From an uncultured Desulfomonile sp. (GTDB taxonomy: Bacteria; Desulfobacterota; Desulfomonilia; Desulfomonilales; Desulfomonilaceae): a stretch of 64,000 nucleotides of DNA. The notes beneath the pieces are model-generated. The model worked only from the letters and a program-made list of their open reading frames with translations, ran no database searches and had not been told where the DNA came from. The translations under genes and the position numbers were made by a program. Of the stretch, positions 36,842-48,500 are shown in pieces. The DNA lies in NCBI GenBank assembly GCA_937930835.1, contig CALGLN010000085.1:22898-86897 (forward strand), written 5' to 3'. Each line of letters starts with the position of its first letter. The stretch's first letter is position 1.

Positions 36842-39079
36842 TCAAAGAAGGTTGATAGGATCGACATCAATTGAAATCCGCATACCATGAGCTTTGAGAA
36901 CTCCTGATTCTCGTAGCTCCTTAACTACATTTCTGACTTTCCAACGATCTTGTCCCTTAAAAAGAATTTGCCATCTATGTTTCCCCAAAGCCTTTTTTCG
37001 CGGAGCAGGAGCAGGACCAAGAACGGAAACCTGGTCGACGGGTTGTTTAATTTTTCTCGCAATCCTCCCTACTTGCAGAGCCTTTTCCTCGACTCTTTTG
37101 GAATTAGAACCTTCTATTCTAATGAGAATCAAATGGCCATAAGGAGGATAACAGAGTTCACGCCTCAGACCGGAATCTCTTTCGAAAAACTGATCATAAT
37201 CATGCGTGGCGGCAAGTTGAATAGCGTAGTGATCTGGATCGAATGTCTGTAACAGGACTTTTCCATGTTGAGATTCGCGACCAGTTCGCCCAGAAACTTG
37301 TACCAAAGTCTGAAATGTGCGTTCTGAAGATCTGAAATCCGGAAAATGTAAGGCTGAGTCGCCGCACAATATTCCGACAAGAGATATACCAGGGAAATCA
37401 TGACCCTTAACAATCATCTGTGTTCCGGTCAGTATGTCAATCTCCCTGTTCCTGAATCTCGTTAATATGTCATTCAAACTGTCGCGTTTTTGAGTAGAGT
37501 CTCTGTCGAGCCTTGCAATTCTGGCCCTAGGAAAAAGTTGACCCAATTTTTCCTCGATTTTCTGTGTGCCAACTCCAGAGAAAACGAGTTTTTCGCTAGA
37601 ACAAATCGGGCAAGTAGGTGGGGCGACTTTAGCATAACCGCATAGATGGCATCTTAGGCTATGAGCCTTCTTGTGATGAGTCAAACTAATGTCGCAGTTC
37701 GGGCATTTGACAACTGCGCCGCAAGCCGAACACTGAGCAAGTGTGTCAAAACCGCGTCTATTAAGGAACAAAGCTACCTGACCCTTATCTTCAAGTGTCT
37801 GCTCTATTGCCTCTTGCATAGCAGGCGTGAGAAAATATTTTCTTTTCGTAACAGGGAAAACAGTCTTGAGGTCCAGAATTTTAGTCTCGGGTAATGAGCC
37901 ACCGTGAACCCGGGTGGGCAAATCCAATCTTCCAATCTTTCGGTTTATGACATTTTCAAATGTCTCGAATGATGGTGTTGCGCTTCCTAAGATTACACAC
38001 AGGTTTTCAAATTTTCCCCTGACAAGAGCCAAGTCTCTGGCGTTGTAAGTGAAAGAGTCTTCCTGTTTGTAAGACGTATCGTGTTCCTCATCAACAATGA
38101 TCAGACCTAGACGCGGGATTGGGAGGAATATTCCTGATCGAGCTGCAATTACTATTCTCGTGTTTCCTGAACTAACACGCCGCCACTCATCCAGTCTTTG
38201 TGAGTCTGTTAATCCACTGTGAAAGACCGAAATTCCGCCTCCAAAACGTTCAATAAATCTTCTCGCGGTCTGAGGCGTCAGCGCTATTTCTGGAACTAGC
38301 ATCAAAGAGCTTTTGCCAAGACCAAGCGCTTTCTCAATAGCATGAAGGTACACCTCAGTCTTCCCTGATCCCGTAACTCCAAATAGTAAAAAAGGACTGT
38401 AATGGCCTTCCTCAAGAACCAAGTTAATCTTGTCCACCGCATTTTTCTGGTCACCTGTGAGCCTTGGTCTTTCGCCTGTGCTAGTAGAAACGCCTGTAGA
38501 ATAAAGTAATTCCGGGAGGTTCTGGTTTCCGATACGATACGTTGGCGTAGCAATTCGCTCTTCTAAAACAAAATAATCATTTTTGACAGCTTCTTTCAAA
38601 AAGGCGCCGTCGAAATCCTGAGCAAATTGCGAAAAAGGGACAGCCCCCTTTTTTAGCAGTTTCTTAACCGATGGAAACTTATAAAGTTCTTTTGCTTTAC
38701 TGAAAGCCGCCTTTCCAGCGGGGGTGAGAACGGCCCATGGCTTGGATTTTCGATCAGACCCTGGCGGCAAGGCCGTTTTTAGAGCAAGCCCTAGGGGAAC
38801 CATGTAATAATCTGATGACCATATCAGTAGCCTCCAAAGTATTCTATCAAAATAGGGCGGCTCATCAAGAACTTGGTCTATTTCTTTGAGTTGCTCCGGC
38901 TGACCCTCTTGAGGACCTAATCCTACTACAAAACCTGCTCGGATCTTTTTCTGGAAGGAAACAAGAACTCTTGAACCTATTGACAGCTTAGAGAACTTTT
39001 CAGGAGACACCAAATACGAGAATACCCCATGAATAGGTAATTGAAAGGCGATCTGAACTGTATGGGTTTTGTTTGACAT
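36842..39079 (-). CDS. priA: Primosomal protein N' (replication restart helicase PriA)
   Basis: 745 aa. GVTGSGKTEVY, DEEHD, and the Cys-rich Zn region CSACGAVVKCPNCDISLTHH...CHLCGY...CPICSS. Confidence 0.95.
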   Translation of the reverse strand: MSNKTHTVQIAFQLPIHGVFSYLVSPEKFSKLSIGSRVLVSFQKKIRAGFVVGLGPQEGQPEQLKEIDQVLDEPPYFDRILWRLLIWSSDYYMVPLGLALKTALPPGSDRKSKPWAVLTPAGKAAFSKAKELYKFPSVKKLLKKGAVPFSQFAQDFDGAFLKEAVKNDYFVLEERIATPTYRIGNQNLPELLYSTGVSTSTGERPRLTGDQKNAVDKINLVLEEGHYSPFLLFGVTGSGKTEVYLHAIEKALGLGKSSLMLVPEIALTPQTARRFIERFGGGISVFHSGLTDSQRLDEWRRVSSGNTRIVIAARSGIFLPIPRLGLIIVDEEHDTSYKQEDSFTYNARDLALVRGKFENLCVILGSATPSFETFENVINRKIGRLDLPTRVHGGSLPETKILDLKTVFPVTKRKYFLTPAMQEAIEQTLEDKGQVALFLNRRGFDTLAQCSACGAVVKCPNCDISLTHHKKAHSLRCHLCGYAKVAPPTCPICSSEKLVFSGVGTQKIEEKLGQLFPRARIARLDRDSTQKRDSLNDILTRFRNREIDILTGTQMIVKGHDFPGISLVGILCGDSALHFPDFRSSERTFQTLVQVSGRTGRESQHGKVLLQTFDPDHYAIQLAATHDYDQFFERDSGLRRELCYPPYGHLILIRIEGSNSKRVEEKALQVGRIARKIKQPVDQVSVLGPAPAPRKKALGKHRWQILFKGQDRWKVRNVVKELRESGVLKAHGMRISIDVDPINLL

Positions 39080-39110
39080 TATTTAAGAAAGCTCGACTTC
39101 ATTTAGGAAC

Positions 39111-42100
39111 TCATGCTGCAACTACAACGTATTTGTTGTGATGCGTAAAATACAGTCCCTTTTCTATTACAGGTTCTCCAGTAATATCAGCCCACGCCAT
39201 GGAATAGCCCCGGAGCTGAGGCGCATAAAGATCTACAAGGAACTCTAGTTTAGATTCTGGTGAACGATCACTCTTATAGTCAACTATCACCCAACCTGGA
39301 GATTCACGAAAAACTAAATCGATCACTCCTCTAATAACTCTCTTTGAACCTTTTTCATCGACTTTGCGTTTGGAAAGCGAAAATGGAATCTCAACAAAGG
39401 ATCTCTGAGCATTTTGAGCACGTTTGAATATGTCTGATCTAGAGACTCTAATGGCCGTTTCAATAGCGTCTTCCCACAGGTCCTCAATCAGTTCGGTTCT
39501 CGGTAGAGTGACAGTGCGAAAATGGTCGGCGTTGATGTCAAGATTCCTCATAAGGGTTTCAAGCATACTATGGATCGCCAAGCCCCATTCTGTTCCATGG
39601 ACACTTTTTTCAAAAGAAACCTTGTCTAGTGTTGTGAACAGTGACTTTACGGATCCAACTTCGTAGGAATTCTCAAGTGAATTATCAAAACGTTTCGTAA
39701 TCGTTTGCTCAACACAAGAGACTGTTTCAGAATCGATAACAGTTGGGTCGGCTTCAACTTGGTCGGCAAAACCTCGATGGCCAACCTCCCGTGTTCCATC
39801 AAGTTTATGATTGAAAAAGGACCACAGATTTTTGTTTGTGTTTTGGGGACGATTCGAAATCACCATCATAGAACCGGCCCGAGTCGCAGCGACATATTTT
39901 AATCTCAACTCTTCAGACATCTTAAATGTGATTTCTTCTCTTTCAAATGAGTCCCAATTCTCAGGAGCCGCAAGGATTTTATCTTTCAGATTATCTTGAA
40001 TCGTGGCGGTCACTAAAATAAATCCCGTAGTCTTGGACTGAGATCGATCAATTCTGAGGTTTGGTTTCTGATCGTTCCTGCCCGTTGGATCAGCCAGAAA
40101 AACGATCGGCGCTTCCAATCCCTTGGCCTTGTGGAGGTTCATGATTCTGACTGCTGATTCCGTAGAAGCTACTAGAGGCGTCGAATCACTTTTTTTGCTC
40201 CCGAACACCAATTCAGCCATTAAATTAATGTAATCCTGCACCGTCCAAAGCCTCGAACTGGAGCCTCTTAGAATTTCGATTGTCTTACTCATTGCTCCAG
40301 CCGACACGTTTCCACTCGGGCCAATCGCAGCTAATAACTGAATTCCGCTATCGATCATGATGTGTTCGATCGCGGAAATAACCGTCCTTTTCCTCAACAG
40401 TCTCGAATAGGAATTCAATTTATCAAAAAATTCCGTGAGACGTTTCTGAAGAGGCTGCTCCAACGACTCAGGGACGGTAGCCCTGAAGTTAAACTCGCCA
40501 CCAGATAGCATATAATGGTAAAGTTCAGTATCTGAAGCTCCAAAAAGAGGTCCTCTCAAAGTCGCGACGAGCGCTGTAGAATCGTACGGCTCTGAAACCG
40601 TCTTAAGCAACATGTACAGGTAAAACAACTCGGGGACGGAATTTAGCGATCCCCCTCCGGCAACTTCGGTAGGAATCTTATAGCGGCTGAGCTTGTCATT
40701 ATAAACACCGATGTTTTTCATCGTGGGGGTAATAATTAGAAAATCATCAGGTTTAACAGCTTCCGCAGCATCATATACCGTTCCGCTTGAACATCGGTTA
40801 ACGGACAACCTTCTAGAAAGACAATCATTAATGAATGAAGCTATAACTTCTGAGTCATAGTTGACAATTTTTTCTGTCTTCGAGAACTCCTTGGGGATCT
40901 GTAGTTGCCTTACGCCCTCTAGGGCGGCTTCGGCAGCTGAAGGTCTGCCTTTCATGAGAGGTATGTATGCAGGGGAAGCATATTCCGGAAATCGTTTAAA
41001 TTCATTTTCAAAAACAGCGTTGACCCAATCTATGATTGGACCAACGGCCCTGAAATTGCTCGAAAGATGGACTACTCTACCACCGCTCGACTGTATTATT
41101 TCCTTGACACGGTTGTAAGTAATTATATCAGCACGCCTGAATCGGTAGATGGATTGTTTGGGATCTCCGACTACAAAAAGTGATCCTGGAACTGGGCAGA
41201 GATTTTTCCAATTTTTTTCCAAATCATTTTCTGAGGTCAGATAGAGCATGACCTCTGCCTGAATGGGATCTGTGTCCTGAAATTCGTCCACGAGTAAATA
41301 TGAATAACGTTTCCGGAAATAAGATCTAATTTCTGGGTGATCTCTTAACAATCTGGAAGTTATCAACAAAAGATCCTGAAAATTTAGCTTTCCCCTACCC
41401 TTTCTGATGTTGTCATAATAGCTAATCCCGGTCCTGATCGCCCGAAGAAGAGGCTCGTACAAATATTCCTTCCACAACTTAATTAGGGGAGTCGCTACGG
41501 AGTCTCTGAAGAAATTCCAACGGGCCAATTCATCATCAAGGTTCAAACAGGTTTTTTTCCAAATTTTTTTTACAGGCTTGGGATTGGTTAGAAATTCTTC
41601 AAATACTGAAACATAATCATGAATCTCATTACTGTGTTTTGCTTGACGGAATATCCGGGGGATAGCTCTATATTTGGGTATCAAAGCGTCATTACCTGAA
41701 TTTTCAGGCAAATCGGAAGCAATTTTTTCCATATATTGACAATACTCATCCAAAGCAGACAGTTGCTCATTGAAATCAGGGAATACAAATTTTCGTGAGG
41801 GCCAGTTTTCCACATCCGGATAATCGCACATCAACATGAACGATGGTTCCAACTGGCCAATTTCAACCCCTAAATTCTCGAGTTCAATTAATATTGGCGC
41901 GTCACTCTGGTACAGGTCTGCCACGTATCGACGCCATGCAAACTTGCGCAGATCCATATCCTCTTCGTCGTCTATCTCTGAGAAATTAACATCGACTCCA
42001 GCCTCAATCGGTCTCTCGCGAAGAATTCTCCCACAAAAAGAATGGATGGTTCCTATAAAACTCCTATCTAAATTCTCGATCGCTTCTTTTAACCTAGAGC

Positions 42101-42371
42101 GTTGCACAGGCTTATCCGACGCCAAAAAAGCCTGTTCGAGATGGACCTGAAAACGAGACCTCAATTCAGCCGCTGCTTTTCTGGTAAAAGTCACAGCCGC
42201 CACATTATCAATACGCGTCTTTCCTCTGGCCAATAAATTGACCATGCGCCCGACCATACTAGTAGTTTTTCCAGTTCCAGCGGCAGCCTCCACCAAAATT
42301 GTGGTGTCAAGTTCGTTAAGAATGACATCTCTTTGATCTTGGTCAGGTGGTAAATTAATGGGGCTGGACAT
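39111..42371 (-). CDS. addA: AddA/RexA-type UvrD-family helicase with a C-terminal PD-(D/E)XK nuclease
   Basis: 1086 aa. AAAGTGKTT (Walker A), LVDEFQDTDP, GDPKQSIYRFRRAD, and the C-terminal nuclease motif GVIDLVFRESPGWVIVDYKSD. Confidence 0.8.
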   Translation of the reverse strand: MSSPINLPPDQDQRDVILNELDTTILVEAAAGTGKTTSMVGRMVNLLARGKTRIDNVAAVTFTRKAAAELRSRFQVHLEQAFLASDKPVQRSRLKEAIENLDRSFIGTIHSFCGRILRERPIEAGVDVNFSEIDDEEDMDLRKFAWRRYVADLYQSDAPILIELENLGVEIGQLEPSFMLMCDYPDVENWPSRKFVFPDFNEQLSALDEYCQYMEKIASDLPENSGNDALIPKYRAIPRIFRQAKHSNEIHDYVSVFEEFLTNPKPVKKIWKKTCLNLDDELARWNFFRDSVATPLIKLWKEYLYEPLLRAIRTGISYYDNIRKGRGKLNFQDLLLITSRLLRDHPEIRSYFRKRYSYLLVDEFQDTDPIQAEVMLYLTSENDLEKNWKNLCPVPGSLFVVGDPKQSIYRFRRADIITYNRVKEIIQSSGGRVVHLSSNFRAVGPIIDWVNAVFENEFKRFPEYASPAYIPLMKGRPSAAEAALEGVRQLQIPKEFSKTEKIVNYDSEVIASFINDCLSRRLSVNRCSSGTVYDAAEAVKPDDFLIITPTMKNIGVYNDKLSRYKIPTEVAGGGSLNSVPELFYLYMLLKTVSEPYDSTALVATLRGPLFGASDTELYHYMLSGGEFNFRATVPESLEQPLQKRLTEFFDKLNSYSRLLRKRTVISAIEHIMIDSGIQLLAAIGPSGNVSAGAMSKTIEILRGSSSRLWTVQDYINLMAELVFGSKKSDSTPLVASTESAVRIMNLHKAKGLEAPIVFLADPTGRNDQKPNLRIDRSQSKTTGFILVTATIQDNLKDKILAAPENWDSFEREEITFKMSEELRLKYVAATRAGSMMVISNRPQNTNKNLWSFFNHKLDGTREVGHRGFADQVEADPTVIDSETVSCVEQTITKRFDNSLENSYEVGSVKSLFTTLDKVSFEKSVHGTEWGLAIHSMLETLMRNLDINADHFRTVTLPRTELIEDLWEDAIETAIRVSRSDIFKRAQNAQRSFVEIPFSLSKRKVDEKGSKRVIRGVIDLVFRESPGWVIVDYKSDRSPESKLEFLVDLYAPQLRGYSMAWADITGEPVIEKGLYFTHHNKYVVVAA

Positions 42372-45300
42372 TCAGCAATATCTTTCTGGCATCGGCCAGT
42401 TCATGGTTAGAGAAATTGTTTAACTTCGCGTTAGAGCAATCAGCGGTTATCGACGCGTCGCCACAAATAAGCCTATATTCGCAGTACTTGCAGGTATTCT
42501 TGTCATTTGTAGAAATAAATGTTCCTGATGAAACAATACCACAAAGAGCCTGAATCACTTCAGTAGCTTGAGACATGTCACTTAAGGATTTCATGATTCT
42601 CAGCCCATGGGCCGTGGGGGTAGGGAAAAAATAAACAAATTCAAGCGATTTTGAATCCTCCATCTGTCGGCTTTTGATGACATTGGAGGCCATATGAAGA
42701 TAAACAGAATGCTGAACTATTTTTCCACACTCATAGTTTTTTAAATCCAGATGCTTTTTCGGGTTTCCCGTCTTGTAATCTATTATCCGGAAGCGGTTAG
42801 CATGATCCTCAATGCTCTTGTCAACCCTGTCCAATTTCCCGGACAGTTTGACAAATCTCTTTTCGTCTAGTCTTAAAACCACCGGCCCAAATTCTTCAGC
42901 TTCACGCAATGTCTTTCCTCCATTCATTCCAATAGAGGCTTCGAGTAGATGAGGAACCCACCCCCTGGAAGCGACCTCTTCTTCGACGAGGAACACCAGA
43001 GCAGATCTCTCTGACCAGATGATCTGTCGGCGCATTGAACTCTTGTTTGGGGGAGGAGTCAAAGTTGCCTGTCCATTGAGTTGCTCATAAATTATATCGA
43101 AAAGCCTCTCTTTGTCTCTGTGGGCTTCTGTATTTCGTCCTTCGTGTGCCAAGTCTTTCATAAATTCAAAGAAAGCTTCGTGAAGCAATACTCCTAGCTG
43201 AACACGATCCAACCATCTTGAGTGATCAACATCTATGTCATCCAATGGCCTAATTCGGAGAATGTATTTGAAAAAGTACTTTCGTGGACATGACCCTATG
43301 GTCTCTAATGAAGCGCTGGACATTACAGGGCCGTCTTGATGAGTCGGATCGTGCCTGGTTTCCAAGAAACCGATATTTCCATCATAGTCGGTAAAATTCT
43401 CAGAAAGTCGGGATTGTGTTGCGTTGATTCCATGAATGATGTTCGGTCTAAGCTGTCCGATCAATTGAACCTTGTTATCGATAGATTCCTGGCATAAAGA
43501 ACTTAACAGCCATTCGTTGACTGTAAGTGATTGATCTTTATGGACTGGAACATAACAAACAGGTACGCCAAGCTCAGCTAGCATCTTTGTCGGATCCGAG
43601 TGGCGTTGATTAGACAATATTCGGAAAATAGAAAATAGAACACTGCTGGGGAAACTGGATTTTTCTGAATGACCATCTGAGCAGGAATAGCTGAAAGTTA
43701 CATTTCCTCTTAATCGAGCCATTAGGCTGCCAAATTTTTCCATTCTTTTGGCTGACTCGAACCTGGTTTGAGGTAAATCACTGGAAATCCTTTCCCTCTC
43801 TGAGTCCATAAGAAGAGGATCATGAATTCCAGAACCCGGAAACTTTTCATCATCGAGTCCCATAATGAATGTAAGATGTCTTCCCGAATGTCCTCCCGAA
43901 TAAACATTGTCAACATGAATCATTCCAGGTCTCGGACCACTTCCCATGATCCTGAGCTTGTCCGTTAATTCCGTAATCCAGGTGATAACATCAAAATCAT
44001 CCAACCAAGCAAACTCACCGAGGGCTTTTTCCATTTGATCAAGATGTTGCAATAAAGCCTGAAGGCCATAATTATCTATTTCACCGCTTGATTTACAGCA
44101 TGTCTTGAGAAAACGTATTGCATTGCGAAGTTGGTCTCGAGGTTCTGCCTCAGGTTTGGCCGAGCAAGACATCAATTTCTTAACAATTCGAATCAAACCT
44201 TTTAAGCAATCAATTTCGTGAATTACAACCGCGTGTTTTGAATCACTGAGGCAGGTCTCTTCCTCCGAAAATTTACTTTCCTGGACCAATAAAGTCAGTT
44301 CATCAAGACGTTTGCTGAGCATCTCATTTGATCTTTGGAGTCCTGAAACTATCTTCATTTTGCGTAGAATGCTAACGAGATCCTTGTCTCCTGGCGTATT
44401 CTCGTTCGGATCGTTGTCCAACAAACCATCAGATATCATTTGGATTAGGGTTGCTTGCGGATAGTCATCGGACATCCACCTGATCCATGTCCGCAGTGCA
44501 CGAGCCGGTCGTGAAAATCTTATCGGAAGACCTTCTGTGAAGGTTATGGGTAAACTTTCGGAGCCGATGTCAAAAGACAGAGACAAACATTCCATTACTT
44601 CATAGATTACGTGAACATAAGTTTCATAGTCTGTGTGAAGAATTTCCACTTCATCAAATTGAGTGACATCTTGGCTAGCGCTTTTCCCCGCTGGACTGAG
44701 AATCCGACGAAAAACCTCCCTAACTTCGTTTGCAGGTCCAGACGCGTTAAAGATGTTCACTGAATTGTCATTGACGGAGCGAGGCGCATTCAGAGGATCC
44801 TGGAAGTGAACCAGAATGTCACAGTCCGAAGTGATTTTTTCATTCATTCGAGTTTGCACAGAATCTGTTTCGAGCCAGATCAATGAATCCCGAGGAACTG
44901 AATCTAAAAGGTCTCTCTCCAACTTGGACAGGTCATGGTCCCGCACAATAAGTAAAAAACGGTCAAGTTCAACCGAAAACCTGGATGCTATTACGTCGTT
45001 AGCTATACTTAGAACATCCGAATAGTCTACAAGCTGATTGGCCTGTAATATTTCTAAATATTCCTTCAGTATGTATTTGATATTTTGCCCTTTATGCTGA
45101 ATGTCAAAAGAATCCACATCAATGTCTTCTACTGACAATCCTGCAATTCTCAAAGTGTTGACCGTATTGATGAGTCCGGAAATCAAACCTGCGCTGATGT
45201 TTGTATTGGAAAAATAATTTTCACTACTATAAGCTAGCCGCTCCAAGATCCCTTTCATGATCAGGGTCGTCTGAATCTGGTTCACCGGTGTGAGAGAATA

Positions 45301-45543
45301 TTCTCTGAGATGATCATCAACCAGTTCAAAAGCCAAGCCTTTTACTGTCCTTAATCGAACATTTACGCAGGGTTGTCCATGCAACGCCGTGTTATCCAAC
45401 CATATCTGCCCTGTTCTTAAAGACGGACAGATCAGATATTTCTCTGAGAGAAGGCGGTTCTTACAAAACTGTCCTATGGAAGAAATCAATCGATTCAAGA
45501 AGACCCCTGGAAAATTAGGGGTGAGGAATATCAGGTCACTCAC
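42355..45543 (-). CDS. addB: AddB/RexB-type nuclease subunit (no recognisable Walker A; C-terminal Fe-S PD-(D/E)XK nuclease)
   Basis: 1062 aa with a GTG start. Nuclease motif GKLDRVD...FRIIDYKTG. Fe-S Cys set: GSCPRKYF plus CKYCEYRLICG. It overlaps the addA start by 17 nt. Confidence 0.75.
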   Translation of the reverse strand: MSDLIFLTPNFPGVFLNRLISSIGQFCKNRLLSEKYLICPSLRTGQIWLDNTALHGQPCVNVRLRTVKGLAFELVDDHLREYSLTPVNQIQTTLIMKGILERLAYSSENYFSNTNISAGLISGLINTVNTLRIAGLSVEDIDVDSFDIQHKGQNIKYILKEYLEILQANQLVDYSDVLSIANDVIASRFSVELDRFLLIVRDHDLSKLERDLLDSVPRDSLIWLETDSVQTRMNEKITSDCDILVHFQDPLNAPRSVNDNSVNIFNASGPANEVREVFRRILSPAGKSASQDVTQFDEVEILHTDYETYVHVIYEVMECLSLSFDIGSESLPITFTEGLPIRFSRPARALRTWIRWMSDDYPQATLIQMISDGLLDNDPNENTPGDKDLVSILRKMKIVSGLQRSNEMLSKRLDELTLLVQESKFSEEETCLSDSKHAVVIHEIDCLKGLIRIVKKLMSCSAKPEAEPRDQLRNAIRFLKTCCKSSGEIDNYGLQALLQHLDQMEKALGEFAWLDDFDVITWITELTDKLRIMGSGPRPGMIHVDNVYSGGHSGRHLTFIMGLDDEKFPGSGIHDPLLMDSERERISSDLPQTRFESAKRMEKFGSLMARLRGNVTFSYSCSDGHSEKSSFPSSVLFSIFRILSNQRHSDPTKMLAELGVPVCYVPVHKDQSLTVNEWLLSSLCQESIDNKVQLIGQLRPNIIHGINATQSRLSENFTDYDGNIGFLETRHDPTHQDGPVMSSASLETIGSCPRKYFFKYILRIRPLDDIDVDHSRWLDRVQLGVLLHEAFFEFMKDLAHEGRNTEAHRDKERLFDIIYEQLNGQATLTPPPNKSSMRRQIIWSERSALVFLVEEEVASRGWVPHLLEASIGMNGGKTLREAEEFGPVVLRLDEKRFVKLSGKLDRVDKSIEDHANRFRIIDYKTGNPKKHLDLKNYECGKIVQHSVYLHMASNVIKSRQMEDSKSLEFVYFFPTPTAHGLRIMKSLSDMSQATEVIQALCGIVSSGTFISTNDKNTCKYCEYRLICGDASITADCSNAKLNNFSNHELADARKILLNVQPH

Positions 45544-45559
45544 CGAGTATGTTCAAAAA

Positions 45560-48500
45560 TCATGGAAGATCAAAAAGGGAATTATAAATCTTTCGTATTT
45601 CGTAGGACACTTTGAAGTATTCCTGAACAAGCGTCTCCTGGCTTCCTGTTCTGTATCCAAGCCTCTGGGCCAAGCCTTTAAGTTTCTTTCCCGTCAGTGG
45701 CATGCGATCAACACTTTTTTCTTCCATTATCCTGATTCTGTCTTCAAGATCACTGAGAAATCGATAACCATTATCAAGTGTTTCAAATGTCTTGTAATCA
45801 ATTATATGACTTCGATGTAAATGGGCCAGGGCATCCAAAGTATTGGTCTTTATAATCTCCGGCCTATTATGGCCGTGCATCAAGATATTTGCCTGAACAA
45901 AAAATTCTACATCAACCAGGCCTCCTTCGCCGGTCTTGAGGTCAACGTTTATAGAATCCTCAAGAGCCAATTCTCGTTGCATTCGCTTTCTCAGCCGGTC
46001 GATCTCTTCCAGATCGGACCGAGAAATGGAGGTCCTCATAATGCAATCCCGAGTAATGTTATTTACTTTCTCCGACAGTTGCGCAGGCCCAAATACAGGT
46101 CTGGCACGTATGAGAGCCTGCTTTTCCCACAAAGCGGATGTATGCTTGTGATACTCAGCGAATGATTCAAGCGAAGTGACGAGGGCCCCCTTATTTCCGG
46201 ATGGACGAAGTCTGGTGTCTATTTGGAAGGCGATTCCTTCAGCGGTATGCATGTTCAGCACAGAAATGATCCTGCCAGCGAATCTACTGAACCAGTCGTG
46301 GGAGGCAAGTTTTCCAATTTGGGACGAGGGCCATTCGTAAACAAAAATGATGTCCAGATCTGATAGGTATGTCATTTCCTGTCCACCAAGTTTTCCCATC
46401 CCCACAATCACGAAGGGTAGGGCGTCCAATGCTGTGGCCGTTCCAAATTTTTTGGCCATTTCCCGGTTCGCGATTTCTGCCGCCCCGGAAAGACAAACTT
46501 CCGCAAGATCCGAGATTTCCCTGCGCACAACTGTGGATGTAGCATATTCACTTAAATGTCTCACTCCGATAGTGAGCATTTGTTCGTTCTTAAAGCGTCG
46601 TAAAAGGTTCAGCTGGTCCTCAAAATCATCAGAATAGGCTAGCCTCTCATAAAATAATGATTCCAACTCATCCTTACTTTTCGGTCCGTCATCGACACCC
46701 TTTGCTATTAGTGAGTCAATAGCCTGAGGATGCCTAATCAAAAGGTCAGTGAATAGCTTGCTCTCTCCCAGGATTTTTATCAGGAAACCTGCCGTGGCAG
46801 GATTTTCCAAAAAAGTGGAAAAATAAGCGTGACCGGCCTTTAGGGAGCTTACAAAATTGTCCAGAGCCACCAAGGTCCGATCTGGCTCCGGAGATTTAAC
46901 AATCTCATCGATGAAAAGAGGAGTAACTCGCTCCAGAAGCGATCTGCTTTTATCGTAACTTCCGGCCTTGGAGGATTGTCTTACAAGTTTCTTGATGATG
47001 TTGAGTGACCTGGTGACATTGCTGAAGCCAGCATCGCTGAGTAAACCTGAGCACGTGGATTCGTCATCTATCATCTCTACAATGTTTCGACTACTTGCAG
47101 ATGCAACAGACCTCGGTCCTTCTCCAGAAACTTTCAACAAGCCTGAAAACAACTCCTCAACAATCTTTCTATGAGTCTCGAGATCAAAAAGGAATTCTTC
47201 GAGAGGCCTGATCTTATACCCCATTCTGAATGCGAGTTCTTCCATTTCTTCTCTGGATTTGGGGAGCTCGTGAGTCTGAAGTTGCTTGTCTATCTGAATC
47301 CTATGTTCCGTTTTGCGAAAGAAAAGATAGGCTTCCTTCAGTGTCCTGGCTGTAGCCGGATCGACAAGCCCTGCTTCTGAAAGAAGATTGAGCGATTCAA
47401 GTGTCGATGTTGATCTTACTCGAGGTGTACGACCAGCATTTATCAACTGAAGCGCCTGCACGAAGAATTCGACTTCTCGTATTCCCCCCTGGCCCAACTT
47501 GATGTTCACTCCAGGTTTCAGCCTCAGTTGGGATTCAATTCGAGCCTTCATGTCCCGCATGTCGTCAAGTGTAGAATAATCCAAATGCTTCCTGTAGATG
47601 AATGGTTCGAGATCCTTCAGGAATTCTTTTCCAGCGTTGAGATCGCCCGCAATAGGTCTGGCTCGCATAAGGGCTGCTCTTTCCCAGGTGCGACCCCAGG
47701 CAAGATAATAATCTAGAGCGTTCGGAAGCGAAGGAACCAATTCACCTTTTTCTCCCTCAGGACGCAAACGTAAATCGACACGGAACACAAAGCCATCTTC
47801 TGTGACTTCCGATAAAGATTTTGCGACTGACCTTACAAGGGATTCGTAGAATTTACCCACCGTAATCCTCGAATCCCCCTCCGTCCAACCCTCTTCCGGA
47901 ATTCTTAAGAAAATCAGATCGATGTCAGATGAGAAATTCAGCTCCCTACCTGCCAATTTTCCCATTGCAAACGCTACAATTCCCATGCCTTCCAGCAAAC
48001 TTGAGGGTCTACCATGCTTTTGTGCAAGCCGATTAAAATGAAATTCCAGGGAAATATGAACCATTGCCGAGGCTAAATCAGATAGCTCGGCCATTATTTC
48101 GATTACGTCTGCTAATTCAGAAAGGTCTCGGGTTCCGATTCTAAGGAAATCTTCCTCCTTATAAAGACGAAGGAGTTGATCGAAATTGGATGATTCAATG
48201 GCGCCCGAAACTTGCTCTTTAAGCTCCGCCTGTTTCTGGTTCCGATCTTTTCGACTGAAACAACCTCTGTTCAAATAGACGGTTCTCATAAATTGGGGAC
48301 ATCTACGAATAGCCGCCGCCAGATAACTCGATCCAGCAGTAGTCTTTAAAAACACCCTCGAAAGATCCGAATCCTGAAAAATCTTGATGAGATCATCCTT
48401 GGTTTCATCCAAAACAATGTCTTCAAGTCGATTCGTCAATGTTGCTGGATTAGGTATGTCCCCTAAAAACTGAAAGATAGTTTCTATTTCTTTTGAGGCT

